A program made the translations under genes and the position numbers. This document shows positions 1 to 10,551 of a stretch of 64,000 nt of DNA, one piece after another; the first letter of the stretch is position 1, and each line of letters begins with the position of its first letter. Source of the DNA: Candidatus Cloacimonadales bacterium (GTDB taxonomy: Bacteria; Cloacimonadota; Cloacimonadia; Cloacimonadales; JAFGVF01); the NCBI GenBank assembly GCA_963662585.1, contig OY759729.1, positions 1,184,001 to 1,248,000 of the forward strand, written 5' to 3'. The notes below the pieces were generated by a model. It made no database searches. It saw nothing but the letters and a program-made list of their open reading frames with translations, and was not told the DNA's origin.

Positions 1-2429
1 GCAGAAGTACCTTCAGTATATACAACTTTAACTGCATATTCATAAACCCCATCAGCAAGATCAGCATCTGTATAAGTTAATTCTTGAGTAGTGGCTAAGT
101 CAGCACCATCTTTAATGATTTGATACTCAACAAAAGTATTATCACCAACAACTGGAGCAGACCAAGTAAGAACTACGACACTTTCTGTAACAGTAGCAGC
201 TAAATCAGTAACTACTGGTAAAGGAGCTACAGTACTGTCCATAACAAAAACCACATTTGGATAACATGCTTTAAGTGCTCCAGTAGGAGGGTCAGTTGGA
301 TCAGGATCTATTGTGTCATTATTATAAGAAATAGAAACATTGCCTTCTGTAGCAGTGTTAAAGAATTCGTCAGTACTTGAGTGATAACCAGCAGTATTCT
401 CTTCAACTGCGATTAAGAGATTATCTGTATTATTATAGTTGAAAGGAGTATCTAAAGTAATAGAAACCCAACCATCAACAGCTGTTACAGATAATGTACC
501 GTCATAAACTAAAGTTAAAGCATCAGCAGCTACCCAACTTGAAGTAGTTTCAAAACTAGATAAAGTTGTATGAGCCATATATACTTTAATATCATCAGGA
601 CCCCAAGCAGAATTTCCATTATAATGCCATGCGATAGATTGAATATCACCTGCATTATTAACATCAGCTTGAGTATAGATGGATTGTGAGTAAGTATAAC
701 CAAAGTATGGTTCTATTGGCATTCCCTTATTTATTTCACTACCTGTACCAATTTGAATAGTACCTTCAGGCATAATAGTAGTAAATGAAGCAATATCACT
801 ATATACTTCATAGCCAGCAGCATTAAAAGAGACAACAAGCCAATAATAAGTAGTCCACTCTTCTAAGTCAGCTACGAAAGAAGTAACATCTTGATTATCA
901 ACAACTAAAGCTTCAGCAGCTAAATTGTTGATTTCAGTCATATCATCTGATAAATATAAACTTACAGATGTTGTGTTTTCGCCATATTCCCAGGTCAATT
1001 CTGCATCTAAGGCTACAGCAGTAGCACCATTTTCTGGAGTTAAAAGAGTAGCAGCAGTTGGTTCATTAGCTGGAATTTCTTCAATTAACAAATTATCAAT
1101 ATAGATAGTTTGATAAGTACTAACATTTGCATGTTTTAAAGCAAGATATCTAACAGTTCTAGGTAATTCTAATTCAACAGTATGTACTTCATAAGTTGAA
1201 GTTAAGTCAATAGTCTGAATTTCAGTAAAGCTTGATGCATCAGCAACATTTGCTAGGTAACCTACTAAAAGTTGAGAACCTGTACTTGAGCATTTTGCAT
1301 AAAATTTCATTCTATTGTTAGCATTTTCAATTTGTGGTAAGACAGCAATATAAGTACCTGTATCATCACTACTGTTTGCAATTCTTAAAGAGTTTTCACC
1401 TTCATAAGCATTAGTTGCACTTGTGTAAGTATCAACATAAGAATAATCTGAAGTACCTTCGTGGAAAGACATCCAACCAAGTGGTAATGCAGGAGCTGTT
1501 ACATTTTCAAAACCCTGGGCATAAGGAGTTTCAGCAATGCCATAACTTGTTGAAAATGAGTAAACATTTGTGGCTGCAATAATCTCTGAAGTTGAATTAG
1601 AAGCTACAACTTTCCAGAAATATGTACTAGCATTTTCAAGTGTAGGTGAGTAAGAAGTAACTAAATCTCCATCAACTACTAAAGCTGTTTCAACATTATT
1701 GAGAACATCTGCTTGATTTTCTGAGAAATAGACATTGATAGTTTCAGTATTTTCACCAATAGTCCATACTAAATCAACATCTAATTCATTGTTAAGGGAA
1801 TTATTTGCTGGTGAAACCACAACTGGATAAGCAGGAGCACCCTCTGAAACAAAACCTATTCTTAAGTTAGGATATTGTTGAGTAGTAGCACCTGCAACAG
1901 CAGGGAATGAGTTATCTTGTCTTTTATAAGAAGCAATGTTATAATCAACATCTGTTCTTCTAAAAGTAGGGTAATTAGATACATAATCAGCATCCCAATT
2001 TTCCCAAACAATCTCAAGATTAGAAGTTCCATTATATTGGAAATTAGTTTGGAAAACAATACCTTGCCATCCGCTTTCATTCCAAGTAACATTGGCATCA
2101 TAAACTAAAGTAAAGTCATTATTTGTTGGATCTGGATAAGCAACACCAGCAGTATCAACTTCTGTGTGTCTTAAATATACTTTTTGATCTAACATTTCAT
2201 AATTACTTGGTGAATTAAAAACATCAAAACTTAATGAATTAATTTCGATAGCATTTCCGATTTGTTCAGCAGGTATCACTAATGATGACCAACTATAATC
2301 CCATAAACCTGAGAAAGGAACACTTGATATTGAATCAGTAGAACCATTATCTCCGATTTCTACATATTGTGCAAAAGCTGATGTAATGGTTAAAATCATC
2401 AGCACAAGCATAAGCGTAGCTTTTTTCAT
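1..2429 (-). CDS. Large secreted surface protein (Fn3-like and cleaved-adhesin-like modules), paralog of 2827..7848; 3' end runs off the window
   Basis: Not in the ORF track. ATG at 2429 follows AAGGAG. Reads MKKATLMLVLMILTITSAFAQYVEIGD..., a signal peptide, and is collinear with the 1673-aa protein (VAYPDPTNN, WKVVASNSTSEII, WHYNGNSAWGPDDIK). Confidence 0.9.
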   Translation of the reverse strand, partial: MKKATLMLVLMILTITSAFAQYVEIGDNGSTDSISSVPFSGLWDYSWSSLVIPAEQIGNAIEINSLSFDVFNSPSNYEMLDQKVYLRHTEVDTAGVAYPDPTNNDFTLVYDANVTWNESGWQGIVFQTNFQYNGTSNLEIVWENWDADYVSNYPTFRRTDVDYNIASYKRQDNSFPAVAGATTQQYPNLRIGFVSEGAPAYPVVVSPANNSLNNELDVDLVWTIGENTETINVYFSENQADVLNNVETALVVDGDLVTSYSPTLENASTYFWKVVASNSTSEIIAATNVYSFSTSYGIAETPYAQGFENVTAPALPLGWMSFHEGTSDYSYVDTYTSATNAYEGENSLRIANSSDDTGTYIAVLPQIENANNRMKFYAKCSSTGSQLLVGYLANVADASSFTEIQTIDLTSTYEVHTVELELPRTVRYLALKHANVSTYQTIYIDNLLIEEIPANEPTAATLLTPENGATAVALDAELTWEYGENTTSVSLYLSDDMTEINNLAAEALVVDNQDVTSFVADLEEWTTYYWLVVSFNAAGYEVYSDIASFTTIMPEGTIQIGTGSEINKGMPIEPYFGYTYSQSIYTQADVNNAGDIQSIAWHYNGNSAWGPDDIKVYMAHTTLSSFETTSSWVAADALTLVYDGTLSVTAVDGWVSITLDTPFNYNNTDNLLIAVEENTAGYHSSTDEFFNTATEGNVSISYNNDTIDPDPTDPPTGALKACYPNVVFVMDSTVAPLPVVTDLAATVTESVVVLTWSAPVVGDNTFVEYQIIKDGADLATTQELTYTDADLADGVYEYAVKVVYTEGTS

Positions 2430-2708
2430 ACTTTATCTCCTTTAATAATTTTTGTGGCTACTATAGCCAAGATTAGCATGTAGGTCAATCTTCATAAGTG
2501 GAGATAATGTGTCAATGATTACCTAAAACAACAGTTTTAAATACTTAGGGTTTAACTTTATATATTATTATTATACTATCAGTTAGCACCCTTCTTTGTT
2601 TAGCTTTTTAAGTAGTACAAAATAGGGAATTTAGCTTTTCATAGTTGATTAACTTAAATAGTAAATTGTGAATTTAGGAGAATTACAGGTTTTTACAGGA
2701 AAGAAGAA

Positions 2709-2728
2709 AGCCCCGTTTTCACGGGGCT
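2709..2728 (-). terminator. Intrinsic terminator of 2827..7848
   Basis: AGCCCCGT-gaaa-ACGGGGCT hairpin followed by TTCTTCTTT on the minus strand. Confidence 0.75.
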
Positions 2729-2743
2729 GTTATATTTGTATCT

Positions 2744-2810
2744 TGGGAAATGCCTGCAAGGATGCAAGCCTTCCCAGTTGAGATGCCTTCAAGATGAAGG
2801 CAATCCCAGT
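2744..2810. repeat. Two REP-like palindromic units (family A)
   Basis: tgcctgcaaggatgcaagccttcccagt and tgccttcaagatgaaggcaatcccagt; same unit as the 17725-17906 array. Confidence 0.85.
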
Positions 2811-2826
2811 GGGTTCTATAGTTTTT

Positions 2827-5800
2827 TTATTTCATAAGAATCATTTTCTTAGTTGAAGTATATTTTCCAGATTTCATTCTGTAGAAGAATACACCAGAAG
2901 CAACACTCTTACCATTATCGTCAGTACCATTCCAAACAACAGTGTGAGGACCAGCTACCATGTTTTCATTAAGAAGAGCTTTCACTTTTTGACCTCTGAT
3001 ATTGAAGATATCAATAGAAACAGGACCGTTTTCTTTAGTTGAGAAAGCAATTCTAGTTTCAGGGTTGAATGGATTAGGATAGTTTCCGATAAGTTGAGAT
3101 ACCGCAGCGATATCATTATTAGGGATATCAGTTCCACCAGGAGCTTCAATTTGAACTTGATCTACCATGAAGATAAATGCATCATTTGATACACATTGGA
3201 TAGCAACTCTGATAGTTTGGTTTGCATAAGCATTTAAACTATAAGAGAACTGAGTCCATGCTGTTGGAGCTGTTGTAAAAGTAGCACCTGAGATTGATGT
3301 AAAGTCGTTAGGATTTGTAGATCCATTAGAAACTAATACAGTAAATCTTTCAAGACCATACTGATCAGTGATAGATTTAGCCCAGAAATTAAATGATCCA
3401 GTTTCTCCAAGAGTAAACTCTTGAGTCATCATCCAATCATTATTAGCAGGAGTAGTAGAAGCAAAGGCAGCCATGTATTTATTTCCTTCATAAGCACCAT
3501 AAGCTACATCAGTTAGCGGAGGAGTAGTAGTTGTAGGATTGAATACGATATAGGCTTGAGGAGCTTCTGCATTTTCCCAAGTAGTGTTAGTAATTGAGTA
3601 TGTACCTGATAAATCGCCATCAACTAAATTCCAAGGACCAGCTTCAAGTGCGAAGTCAGTATATGTTTCAAAACCATCTTCGATGAGATAATCACCAGGG
3701 ATAGTTACATTTACTGTAGCTTCAACAGTGTTTGAAGCTTCTGATTCTTGATCTCCGTACATTGCTGTAACGAAGTATTCATAACTTCCATTTTCTAAAT
3801 CAGCGTCTGCATAAGTAAGTACAGTTGCGCCAACAGTAACGATTTCTTCACCATCTCTATATACTTTATAACCTGTGAGTTCTCTATCAACTCTAACTAC
3901 AGGAGTATTTACAGTTTTGCTAATAGCAACTAATTCATTTGCTTTAAGTGATCTTGTAGCAACTGAAGTTTCGAACATGATATTATCAATGTAAGTAGCA
4001 TACCAAAGACCTTGTCCGTCTCCATCAACGAAGTTCCAAGCAATATGGATTGGAGTAGATGCATAAGTAGAAAGGTCTATTGAAATAGGTGTATCATAAT
4101 TGTTATCACCTGCAGGTAAATCAGAAGCATTCCAAACAGGAGTCCAGTTGCTTCCACCATCAGTAGATACTTTTACATAATAATTATCACCATATTCAGA
4201 ACCATATTGACCGTAGAAGTCAAAAGTAATTCCAGTGATACCAGTCATTTCACCAGTGATTAACCATTCATCTTGTGCACCGTAATCCCACATTACACCA
4301 GCTTGATAGTCACCATCAGTTGGAACGATATCACCAGTTGAGAATGTAACAGTTTCATATTGAGCCCATGATTCAGTTGTATTATTTACAACAGTTGACC
4401 AACCAGCAGGAGGGAAAGCATTTTCAAAGCTTTCATTCATTACTTCAGGAGCTTCACCAGGAGCAAACCAGTTAAGAGTAACTACATCTTCCATAACAGA
4501 AGCTGTTAAGTTCTCAGGAGCTAATATTTCTTCTTCTTCCTCAATAACTATAGTTACTACAGGAGTAGGGTCTGAGTCAGCTTCATCATAGTTAGCAACA
4601 GCTTTATATTGATATGTACCATAATCAAGAGCTTCATCTAAATAAGATAAAACATCTGTACCGACTTCTACTAATATTTCGTTATCACGATATAGAGTAT
4701 AACCTGTAAGATCTCTTGTGATTTCATTATCACTTGCTGAGCCAAACATTGATTCTTCACGAGAAAGAGTTCTCATTCTTGCATCTGGAGCATTCCAGTT
4801 AATCTGAACATCAAACTCATTCACAATTACTGCAGTGAAGTTAGTTGGAGGGTTATAAACAGGAGGAGTAGTATCAACAACAACTATATTAGATGGTTCT
4901 GACATTTCAGTACCATACAAAGCTGTTACTTTATATTCCCAAACACCGTTAGGTACATTTGTATTAACCCATGTTGTATCATTTGCATCAGCTATTGATT
5001 GAATAATACTATTATTACGATAGATATTATAAGCAGTGATTTCAAGTGGATCTCTATAAATAGCTCTTCCACCTTCAACAAATGCTTGAATAAGGAAATT
5101 ATAATTATTATTCAAATTTGAGATTAAATTCCAGCCACCGTTAAAGAAAATTAAATCGCCTTTACCAACAACTGCTGGACCTGCATCACGACCAAGAGGG
5201 TAACCATTTGGAGTGGTTGTTTCAACACCAATCCATAACTCTTCTGAAGCTGCTAAAGTAACAGCATCATCTAATTCTACGATATTCCAAGCAAATGTTT
5301 CAATATCTGTAATTAACTGAGAAACGACTTCTGTACCAGGAACAAATGTAGTACCATCATAAGAACCACCAGTCCATACTTTTAAAGTATAAGTAGCAGC
5401 AGCATTACGAGGATAGAATTTCATTTGAGTTAAACTTGCTCCGCCGTAATTAGCTAAATCAGCAGCATCGTATCTTACAACACCTGTATAAGTAAAGGCT
5501 CCACCAGTACCAAAACCATCCTCATATATTCCACTACCATGATATAACCATTCTCCACCTTCATCAGGGAGAATAGGCATGTTCCAAGCTAAATGAACCT
5601 CATTTTCATTTTGAATTTCTGCAGTTAAGTTAGTTGGAGAAGGATATACAACCGGAGTTTCACCTTCTTCTATAACAAGAACTATGTTTGGATAATAAGC
5701 TTTTAGAGTTCCAGTTGGAGGAGCTGTAGGATCTGGATCAGTTGAATCACTATGATAAGTAATAGAAACATTACCCTCAGCTATTGTGTTAAAGAATTCA

Positions 5801-7848
5801 TCTCCACTAGAGTGATAACCTTGTGTATTCTCTTCAACAGCAATTAAAAGATTGTCTGTATTATTATAGTTGAAAGGAGTATCTAAAGTGATAGGCACCC
5901 AACCATCAACTGCAGGAACTGATAAAGTTCCATCATAAACTAAAGTTAAAGCATCAGCAGCTACCCAACTCTCGGTAGTTTCATAACTAGTTAAAGTTGT
6001 ATGAGCCATATAAATTTTTATATCATCTGGACCCCAGGCAGAATTTCCATTATAATGCCAAGCGATAGTTTGAATATCACCAGCCATATTAACATCAGCT
6101 TGAGGATAGATTGTTTGTGTATAAGTGTAACCATAATATGGTTCGATTGGCATACCTTGATTTATTTCAAGGCCATTACCGATTTGAATTGTTCCTTCTG
6201 GAGTTACTGTAGTGAATGAGTATATAGCACTTAATACTTCATAACCAGTAGAGTTTAAGGAAGCTACTCTCCAGTAATAAGTAGTCCATTCAGCTAAATC
6301 AGCGGTATATGAAGTAACATCTTGATTATCGATAACCATTGCATCAGCAACTAAATCAGTTACATCTGCCATATCATCTGAAAGATATAAATTTACTGCA
6401 ACTGTGTTCATTCCATATTCCCAAGTTAACTCAGCATCCATTGCGACACCAGTAGCGCCATTTTCAGGAGTTAAAAGAGTTGCAGGAGTTGGTTCATTTG
6501 CAGGAATTTCTTCAACTAGAACATTATCTAAGTAAATTGTTTGATAAGTTCCAACATTTGCATGTTTGAAAGCAAGATATCTTACAGTTCTTGGAAGTTC
6601 TAATTCAACTGTATGTTCTAGATAATCTGAAGTTAAATCAATAGTTTGAATTTCAGTAAAAGTAGCTGCATCAGTAACATCAGCAAGATAACCTACTACT
6701 ATTTGAGCACCTGCACTTGAACATTTAGCCCAGAATTTCATTCTATTGCTCATATTTTCTATTTGTGGCAATACAGCTATGTAAGTACCTTCTGTATCAC
6801 TACTATTAGCCATTCTAAATGAATTAGCACCTTCGTATGCTTGACCAGAATAAGTCTCAACATAAGAATAAGTAGTAGTACTTTCACGATAAGTCATCCA
6901 ACCTAATGGTAAAGCTGGAGGAGTAACTTCTTCAAAACCTTCAGCATAAGGTACTTCTGCAAGACCATAAGTTGTTGAAAATGAAACAACATTAGTTTGA
7001 GCGATAATTTCTGAAGTTGAATTAGAGGCTACGACTTTCCAGTAATAAACACTTGCATTTTCTAAAGAAGGTGAGTATGAAGTAACTAATTCACCATTAA
7101 CAACTAAAGCTGTTTCTACATTATTAACTACATCATCTTCATTTTCTGAAAAATAGACATGAATAAACTCTGTATTTTCACCATAAGTCCAAACTAACTC
7201 AGTATCTAATTCGTTGTTTAGAGTATTATTTTCTGGTGAAACGATAACAGGATATGCTGGAGCACCTTCAGCTGCAAAACCTAAACGAGTGTTAGGAAAA
7301 TATGTTTGAAGAGTTCCATCGACAATAGGAAAGCTATTATCAGTATATTTGTAAGCAGCAGTATTGAGGCCAGTATCAGTTTTTAAGAAATTTGGATAGC
7401 CACCTACATAAGTACCATCATTATTTTCCCAAACGATTTGAAGGTTTGAAGTACCATCAAAAGAAAATTCTGTGTCTAAAATTACACCTTGCCAGCCACC
7501 TTCATTCCAAGTAATTGAGCCATCAAATACTAAGGTGAAGCCATTATTGGTTGGATCTGGATAAGCTACTGTTACTTCAGTATCAGTAGTAAGTTTCATA
7601 TACACTTGTTGATTTTCCATGAAGTAATTCGCAGGTGTGTTACCTACATTAAATTGAATTTCGTTAATTTCGATTGCATTCCCGATTTGGGCGGAAGTTA
7701 AAATATAATTTGACCAACTATAATCATATAATCCATAAGCTGGAACATAATTAGTAGTGGTGGTTCCGTCTCCGATTTCTACAAAAACTGCAAAAATGGA
7801 GGTAATAGCGACTAAAAAAGCTAATAAGGTTAGCATTTTCTTGTTCAT
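2827..7848 (-). CDS. 1673-aa secreted multidomain surface protein: Fn3-like and cleaved-adhesin (choice-of-anchor J-like) domains, C-terminal FlgD/T9SS-type sorting domain
   Basis: Signal peptide; C-terminus GNYPNPFNPETRI...WNGTDDNGKSVASGVFFYRM...KKMILMK; adhesin-like motifs DDWMMTQ and FWAKSITDQYGLERF; RBS AAGGAG. Confidence 0.9.
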   Translation of the reverse strand: MNKKMLTLLAFLVAITSIFAVFVEIGDGTTTTNYVPAYGLYDYSWSNYILTSAQIGNAIEINEIQFNVGNTPANYFMENQQVYMKLTTDTEVTVAYPDPTNNGFTLVFDGSITWNEGGWQGVILDTEFSFDGTSNLQIVWENNDGTYVGGYPNFLKTDTGLNTAAYKYTDNSFPIVDGTLQTYFPNTRLGFAAEGAPAYPVIVSPENNTLNNELDTELVWTYGENTEFIHVYFSENEDDVVNNVETALVVNGELVTSYSPSLENASVYYWKVVASNSTSEIIAQTNVVSFSTTYGLAEVPYAEGFEEVTPPALPLGWMTYRESTTTYSYVETYSGQAYEGANSFRMANSSDTEGTYIAVLPQIENMSNRMKFWAKCSSAGAQIVVGYLADVTDAATFTEIQTIDLTSDYLEHTVELELPRTVRYLAFKHANVGTYQTIYLDNVLVEEIPANEPTPATLLTPENGATGVAMDAELTWEYGMNTVAVNLYLSDDMADVTDLVADAMVIDNQDVTSYTADLAEWTTYYWRVASLNSTGYEVLSAIYSFTTVTPEGTIQIGNGLEINQGMPIEPYYGYTYTQTIYPQADVNMAGDIQTIAWHYNGNSAWGPDDIKIYMAHTTLTSYETTESWVAADALTLVYDGTLSVPAVDGWVPITLDTPFNYNNTDNLLIAVEENTQGYHSSGDEFFNTIAEGNVSITYHSDSTDPDPTAPPTGTLKAYYPNIVLVIEEGETPVVYPSPTNLTAEIQNENEVHLAWNMPILPDEGGEWLYHGSGIYEDGFGTGGAFTYTGVVRYDAADLANYGGASLTQMKFYPRNAAATYTLKVWTGGSYDGTTFVPGTEVVSQLITDIETFAWNIVELDDAVTLAASEELWIGVETTTPNGYPLGRDAGPAVVGKGDLIFFNGGWNLISNLNNNYNFLIQAFVEGGRAIYRDPLEITAYNIYRNNSIIQSIADANDTTWVNTNVPNGVWEYKVTALYGTEMSEPSNIVVVDTTPPVYNPPTNFTAVIVNEFDVQINWNAPDARMRTLSREESMFGSASDNEITRDLTGYTLYRDNEILVEVGTDVLSYLDEALDYGTYQYKAVANYDEADSDPTPVVTIVIEEEEEILAPENLTASVMEDVVTLNWFAPGEAPEVMNESFENAFPPAGWSTVVNNTTESWAQYETVTFSTGDIVPTDGDYQAGVMWDYGAQDEWLITGEMTGITGITFDFYGQYGSEYGDNYYVKVSTDGGSNWTPVWNASDLPAGDNNYDTPISIDLSTYASTPIHIAWNFVDGDGQGLWYATYIDNIMFETSVATRSLKANELVAISKTVNTPVVRVDRELTGYKVYRDGEEIVTVGATVLTYADADLENGSYEYFVTAMYGDQESEASNTVEATVNVTIPGDYLIEDGFETYTDFALEAGPWNLVDGDLSGTYSITNTTWENAEAPQAYIVFNPTTTTPPLTDVAYGAYEGNKYMAAFASTTPANNDWMMTQEFTLGETGSFNFWAKSITDQYGLERFTVLVSNGSTNPNDFTSISGATFTTAPTAWTQFSYSLNAYANQTIRVAIQCVSNDAFIFMVDQVQIEAPGGTDIPNNDIAAVSQLIGNYPNPFNPETRIAFSTKENGPVSIDIFNIRGQKVKALLNENMVAGPHTVVWNGTDDNGKSVASGVFFYRMKSGKYTSTKKMILMK

Positions 7849-7897
7849 AATATATTCTCCTTTGACTTAGTATATGTTTAATTCCATACTCAATTCC

Positions 7898-7927
7898 ATT
7901 TTACACAAAGCTCTTTTTTTCTGTCAA
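7898..7927 (-). promoter_or_regulatory. sigma70-type promoter for 2827..7848
   Basis: TTGACA-18 nt-TAAAAT preceded by TGTG, about 50 bp upstream of the ATG. Confidence 0.6.
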
Positions 7928-8344
7928 TAGGAAAAAAATAAATTTTAGCATTTTTTTTGAAGATCGATAATATAGCCATGAAGGCTCAGCAGAAAAGCAA
8001 AGTATTTGAATATTTTTATATCGATTGTTTTTCTTATTTTAAACTTATTTCTATTTAGTAAACATAGTTTAGTAAACAGATAGTACTATCATCTACTTTG
8101 TTTACACAATACATTATTAGTTAAATTTATTTTTCTTGATAGATATTTGTTTTAACAAACTGAAACTTCATTAGTAAAATTATCTGATAGAATCCCAGAC
8201 TTTAAATTTACAGGGAATGTGTTTAAATATTTATTGCAACTATTAATGATTAATCATACTTGATTTATTCCCTTTAAATAAAGAATTGGGGTCAGTTATG
8301 ATTATTTTTGAGAGAGAAAAAGAAGTTGGAAATTTCTTATAAAT

Positions 8345-8478
8345 AAAAAACGGGATTTACATGTTTAAAATACCACCACACTACTTTAAACTGTAAATCC
8401 CACACTAAGCACATTTGAGAGAATTTAGCATCCGGGGAGAATGCTAAAGATTTTCGAGTGACTAACTCTGAAAACTAA
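8345..8478 (-). ncRNA. Candidate sigma54-dependent small RNA (~135 nt, three hairpins, own terminator)
   Basis: Starts about 12 nt below a -24/-12 motif. Hairpins: GUUUUC(A)GAGU/ACUCGAAAAU, UUUAGCAU/AUGCUAAA, and GGGAUUUACA-GUUUAAA/UUUAAAC-A-UGUAAAUCCC followed by a U-tract. No ORF. Confidence 0.55.
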
Positions 8479-8488
8479 TATAATACTA

Positions 8489-8504
8489 TGCAATTAGCGT
8501 TCCA
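8489..8504 (-). promoter_or_regulatory. sigma54 (-24/-12) promoter
   Basis: TGGAACGCTAATTGCA: GG-N10-GC, close to the consensus TGGCAC-N5-TTGCW. Confidence 0.65.
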
Positions 8505-8537
8505 AACTTTATTTCGTGATTAAAATATTTTTATAAT

Positions 8538-8570
8538 AATAAAGAGCAGATATTAAACCTGCTCTTTATT
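8538..8570 (-). terminator. Terminator after glyA
   Basis: aataaagagcag-9 nt-ctgctctttatt inverted repeat about 25 bp after the stop codon. Confidence 0.7.
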
Positions 8571-8593
8571 TAAGTTATTTGTTAGTTATACAG

Positions 8594-9895
8594 CTATTTT
8601 TTTAAAAGTTCAGGGTAGAGTGGGAAGTTAACAGTGAAATCTTTAACTTCATTTTTAATTTTTGCCAGAGCTTCATCATCATTGAAATTATCATATACTC
8701 TTTTGATAAAATCAGCAATAACTTTCATATCATCTTCTTTCATTCCACGAGTAGTTACAGCAGGGGTACCAATTCTAATACCAGAGGCAACGAATGGAGA
8801 ACGGGTATCAAAAGGAACTGTATTTTTGTTTGCAGTGATACCAGCTTTATCTAGTGCTCCTTCCATAGCTTTTCCTGAAGGGTTTCCTGAATCAGCTGTA
8901 CCTAGGTTAATAAGAAGAAGGTGATTATCAGTGCCACCAGAAACTAATTCAAAGCCATTATTTACTAATTCTACAGCTAATCTAGCAGCATTTTTAACTA
9001 CTTGCTCTTGATAAGCTTTAAATTCAGGAGATAGGGCTTCTTTGAAAGCAACAGCTTTAGCAGCAATTACATGTTCTAATGGTCCACCTTGGATACCAGG
9101 GAAGACACTTGCATCAACAGCTGCAGCATATTCTTCTTTGCAGAGAATAAGTCCAGCACGAGGGCCTCTAAGAGTTTTGTGAGTAGTAGTAGTTACGATA
9201 TCAGCGTAAGGAACAGGATTATCATGCACACCTGCAGCTACTAAACCAGCGATATGAGCCATATCAACCATAAATTTAGCACCAACTTCATCACAGATAT
9301 CTCTAAATTTTTGGAAATCTATCTTTCTTGGATAGGCAGAAGCACCAGTAACGATTAAAGCAGGTTTATGCTCTAAGGCTAAAGCTCTAATTTGGTCATA
9401 ATCGAACATTTCTGTTTTTTGATCTACTGTATAATGAATAACATTATAGAGTTGGCCTGAGAAAGATAGCGGATGACCGTGGGTTAGGTGACCACCATGT
9501 GATAATTCTAGAGTAAGAATAGTATCTCCAGGTTTAATAATAGCAAAATAAGCACCCATATTAGCTTGAGAACCTGAATGAGGTTGCACATTAGCATGGT
9601 CTGCACCAAATAATTCTTTAGCTCTTTCGATAGCTAATTTTTCAACAACATCCACATTTTCACAACCGCCATAATAGCGACCATAAAGTTTGTAACTTCT
9701 TTTACCTGTCTTTTTAGATACTCTATAAGGATATCCTTCTGCGTATTTGTTGGTAAGGACAGAACCTTGAGCTTCAAGAACTGCTAAAGAAGTAAAGTTC
9801 TCAGAAGCGATTAATTCTAAGTTTTCGGTTTGACGAATTAATTCATCGTTCATTGCTACAAATAATTCAGGGTCATAAGATTTAATGTGTTTCAT
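8594..9895 (-). CDS. glyA: Serine hydroxymethyltransferase
   Basis: [24 protein letters not shown] and [11 protein letters not shown] (PLP lysine) motifs. Confidence 0.98.
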   Translation of the reverse strand: MKHIKSYDPELFVAMNDELIRQTENLELIASENFTSLAVLEAQGSVLTNKYAEGYPYRVSKKTGKRSYKLYGRYYGGCENVDVVEKLAIERAKELFGADHANVQPHSGSQANMGAYFAIIKPGDTILTLELSHGGHLTHGHPLSFSGQLYNVIHYTVDQKTEMFDYDQIRALALEHKPALIVTGASAYPRKIDFQKFRDICDEVGAKFMVDMAHIAGLVAAGVHDNPVPYADIVTTTTHKTLRGPRAGLILCKEEYAAAVDASVFPGIQGGPLEHVIAAKAVAFKEALSPEFKAYQEQVVKNAARLAVELVNNGFELVSGGTDNHLLLINLGTADSGNPSGKAMEGALDKAGITANKNTVPFDTRSPFVASGIRIGTPAVTTRGMKEDDMKVIADFIKRVYDNFNDDEALAKIKNEVKDFTVNFPLYPELLKK

Positions 9896-10335
9896 TATAA
9901 ATTCCTCTCATATACATTTATTTTATTTATTCTATTTTGATGTCTTCCACCTTCAAATTCGGTGTTTAACCAAGTATCCACAATACTTTTTGCTTCTTCA
10001 GGAGCTAAGAATCTTCCTCCCAGAGCTAAGATATTAGCATTATTATGTTCTTTTGATAATTTAGCATATTCGACATTATGACAGAGGGCAGCTCTAATTC
10101 CTGGGACTTTATTGGCTGCGATACTTATTCCAATTCCACTACCACAAATAATAATAGCATAATCAGCTAATCCATTTGCAACTGCTTGACCTGCTTTAAT
10201 TCCATAATCAGGATAATCAACAGAGTCATTATTATAGGTACCTAAGTCTTCAATATCATATCTTTTTGACAGATAATCTTTTATAATCTCTTTTAGTTCA
10301 AATCCGCCGTGATCTGCAGCTAAGATTAGTTTCAT
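9895..10335 (-). CDS. rpiB: Ribose-5-phosphate isomerase B
   Basis: [24 protein letters not shown] and FEGGRH motifs; classic rpiB-glyA order. Confidence 0.96.
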   Translation of the reverse strand: MKLILAADHGGFELKEIIKDYLSKRYDIEDLGTYNNDSVDYPDYGIKAGQAVANGLADYAIIICGSGIGISIAANKVPGIRAALCHNVEYAKLSKEHNNANILALGGRFLAPEEAKSIVDTWLNTEFEGGRHQNRINKINVYERNL

Positions 10336-10544
10336 TTTTCTTCCTTCTTTTCATCTTTTTTCTCTAAGCCTCTTATTAAGTAGTAAGTTACGAAATAATA
10401 GATTATGCTCGAAATAAATGTCACTATAATTGTGTCAACAGTTCTTTGCTGATTATCTAAAAAAGGTATAAATTTATTAATCAAAAACAAAATTACAGAG
10501 AATATAATTGTTGATATCAGGCTAATTTTTACTCTTTTTGACAT
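10332..10544 (-). CDS. Small two-TM membrane protein, unknown function
   Basis: Two hydrophobic segments; 4-bp overlap with rpiB; in operon. Confidence 0.7.
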   Translation of the reverse strand: MSKRVKISLISTIIFSVILFLINKFIPFLDNQQRTVDTIIVTFISSIIYYFVTYYLIRGLEKKDEKKEEK

Positions 10545-10551
10545 ATTTCCC

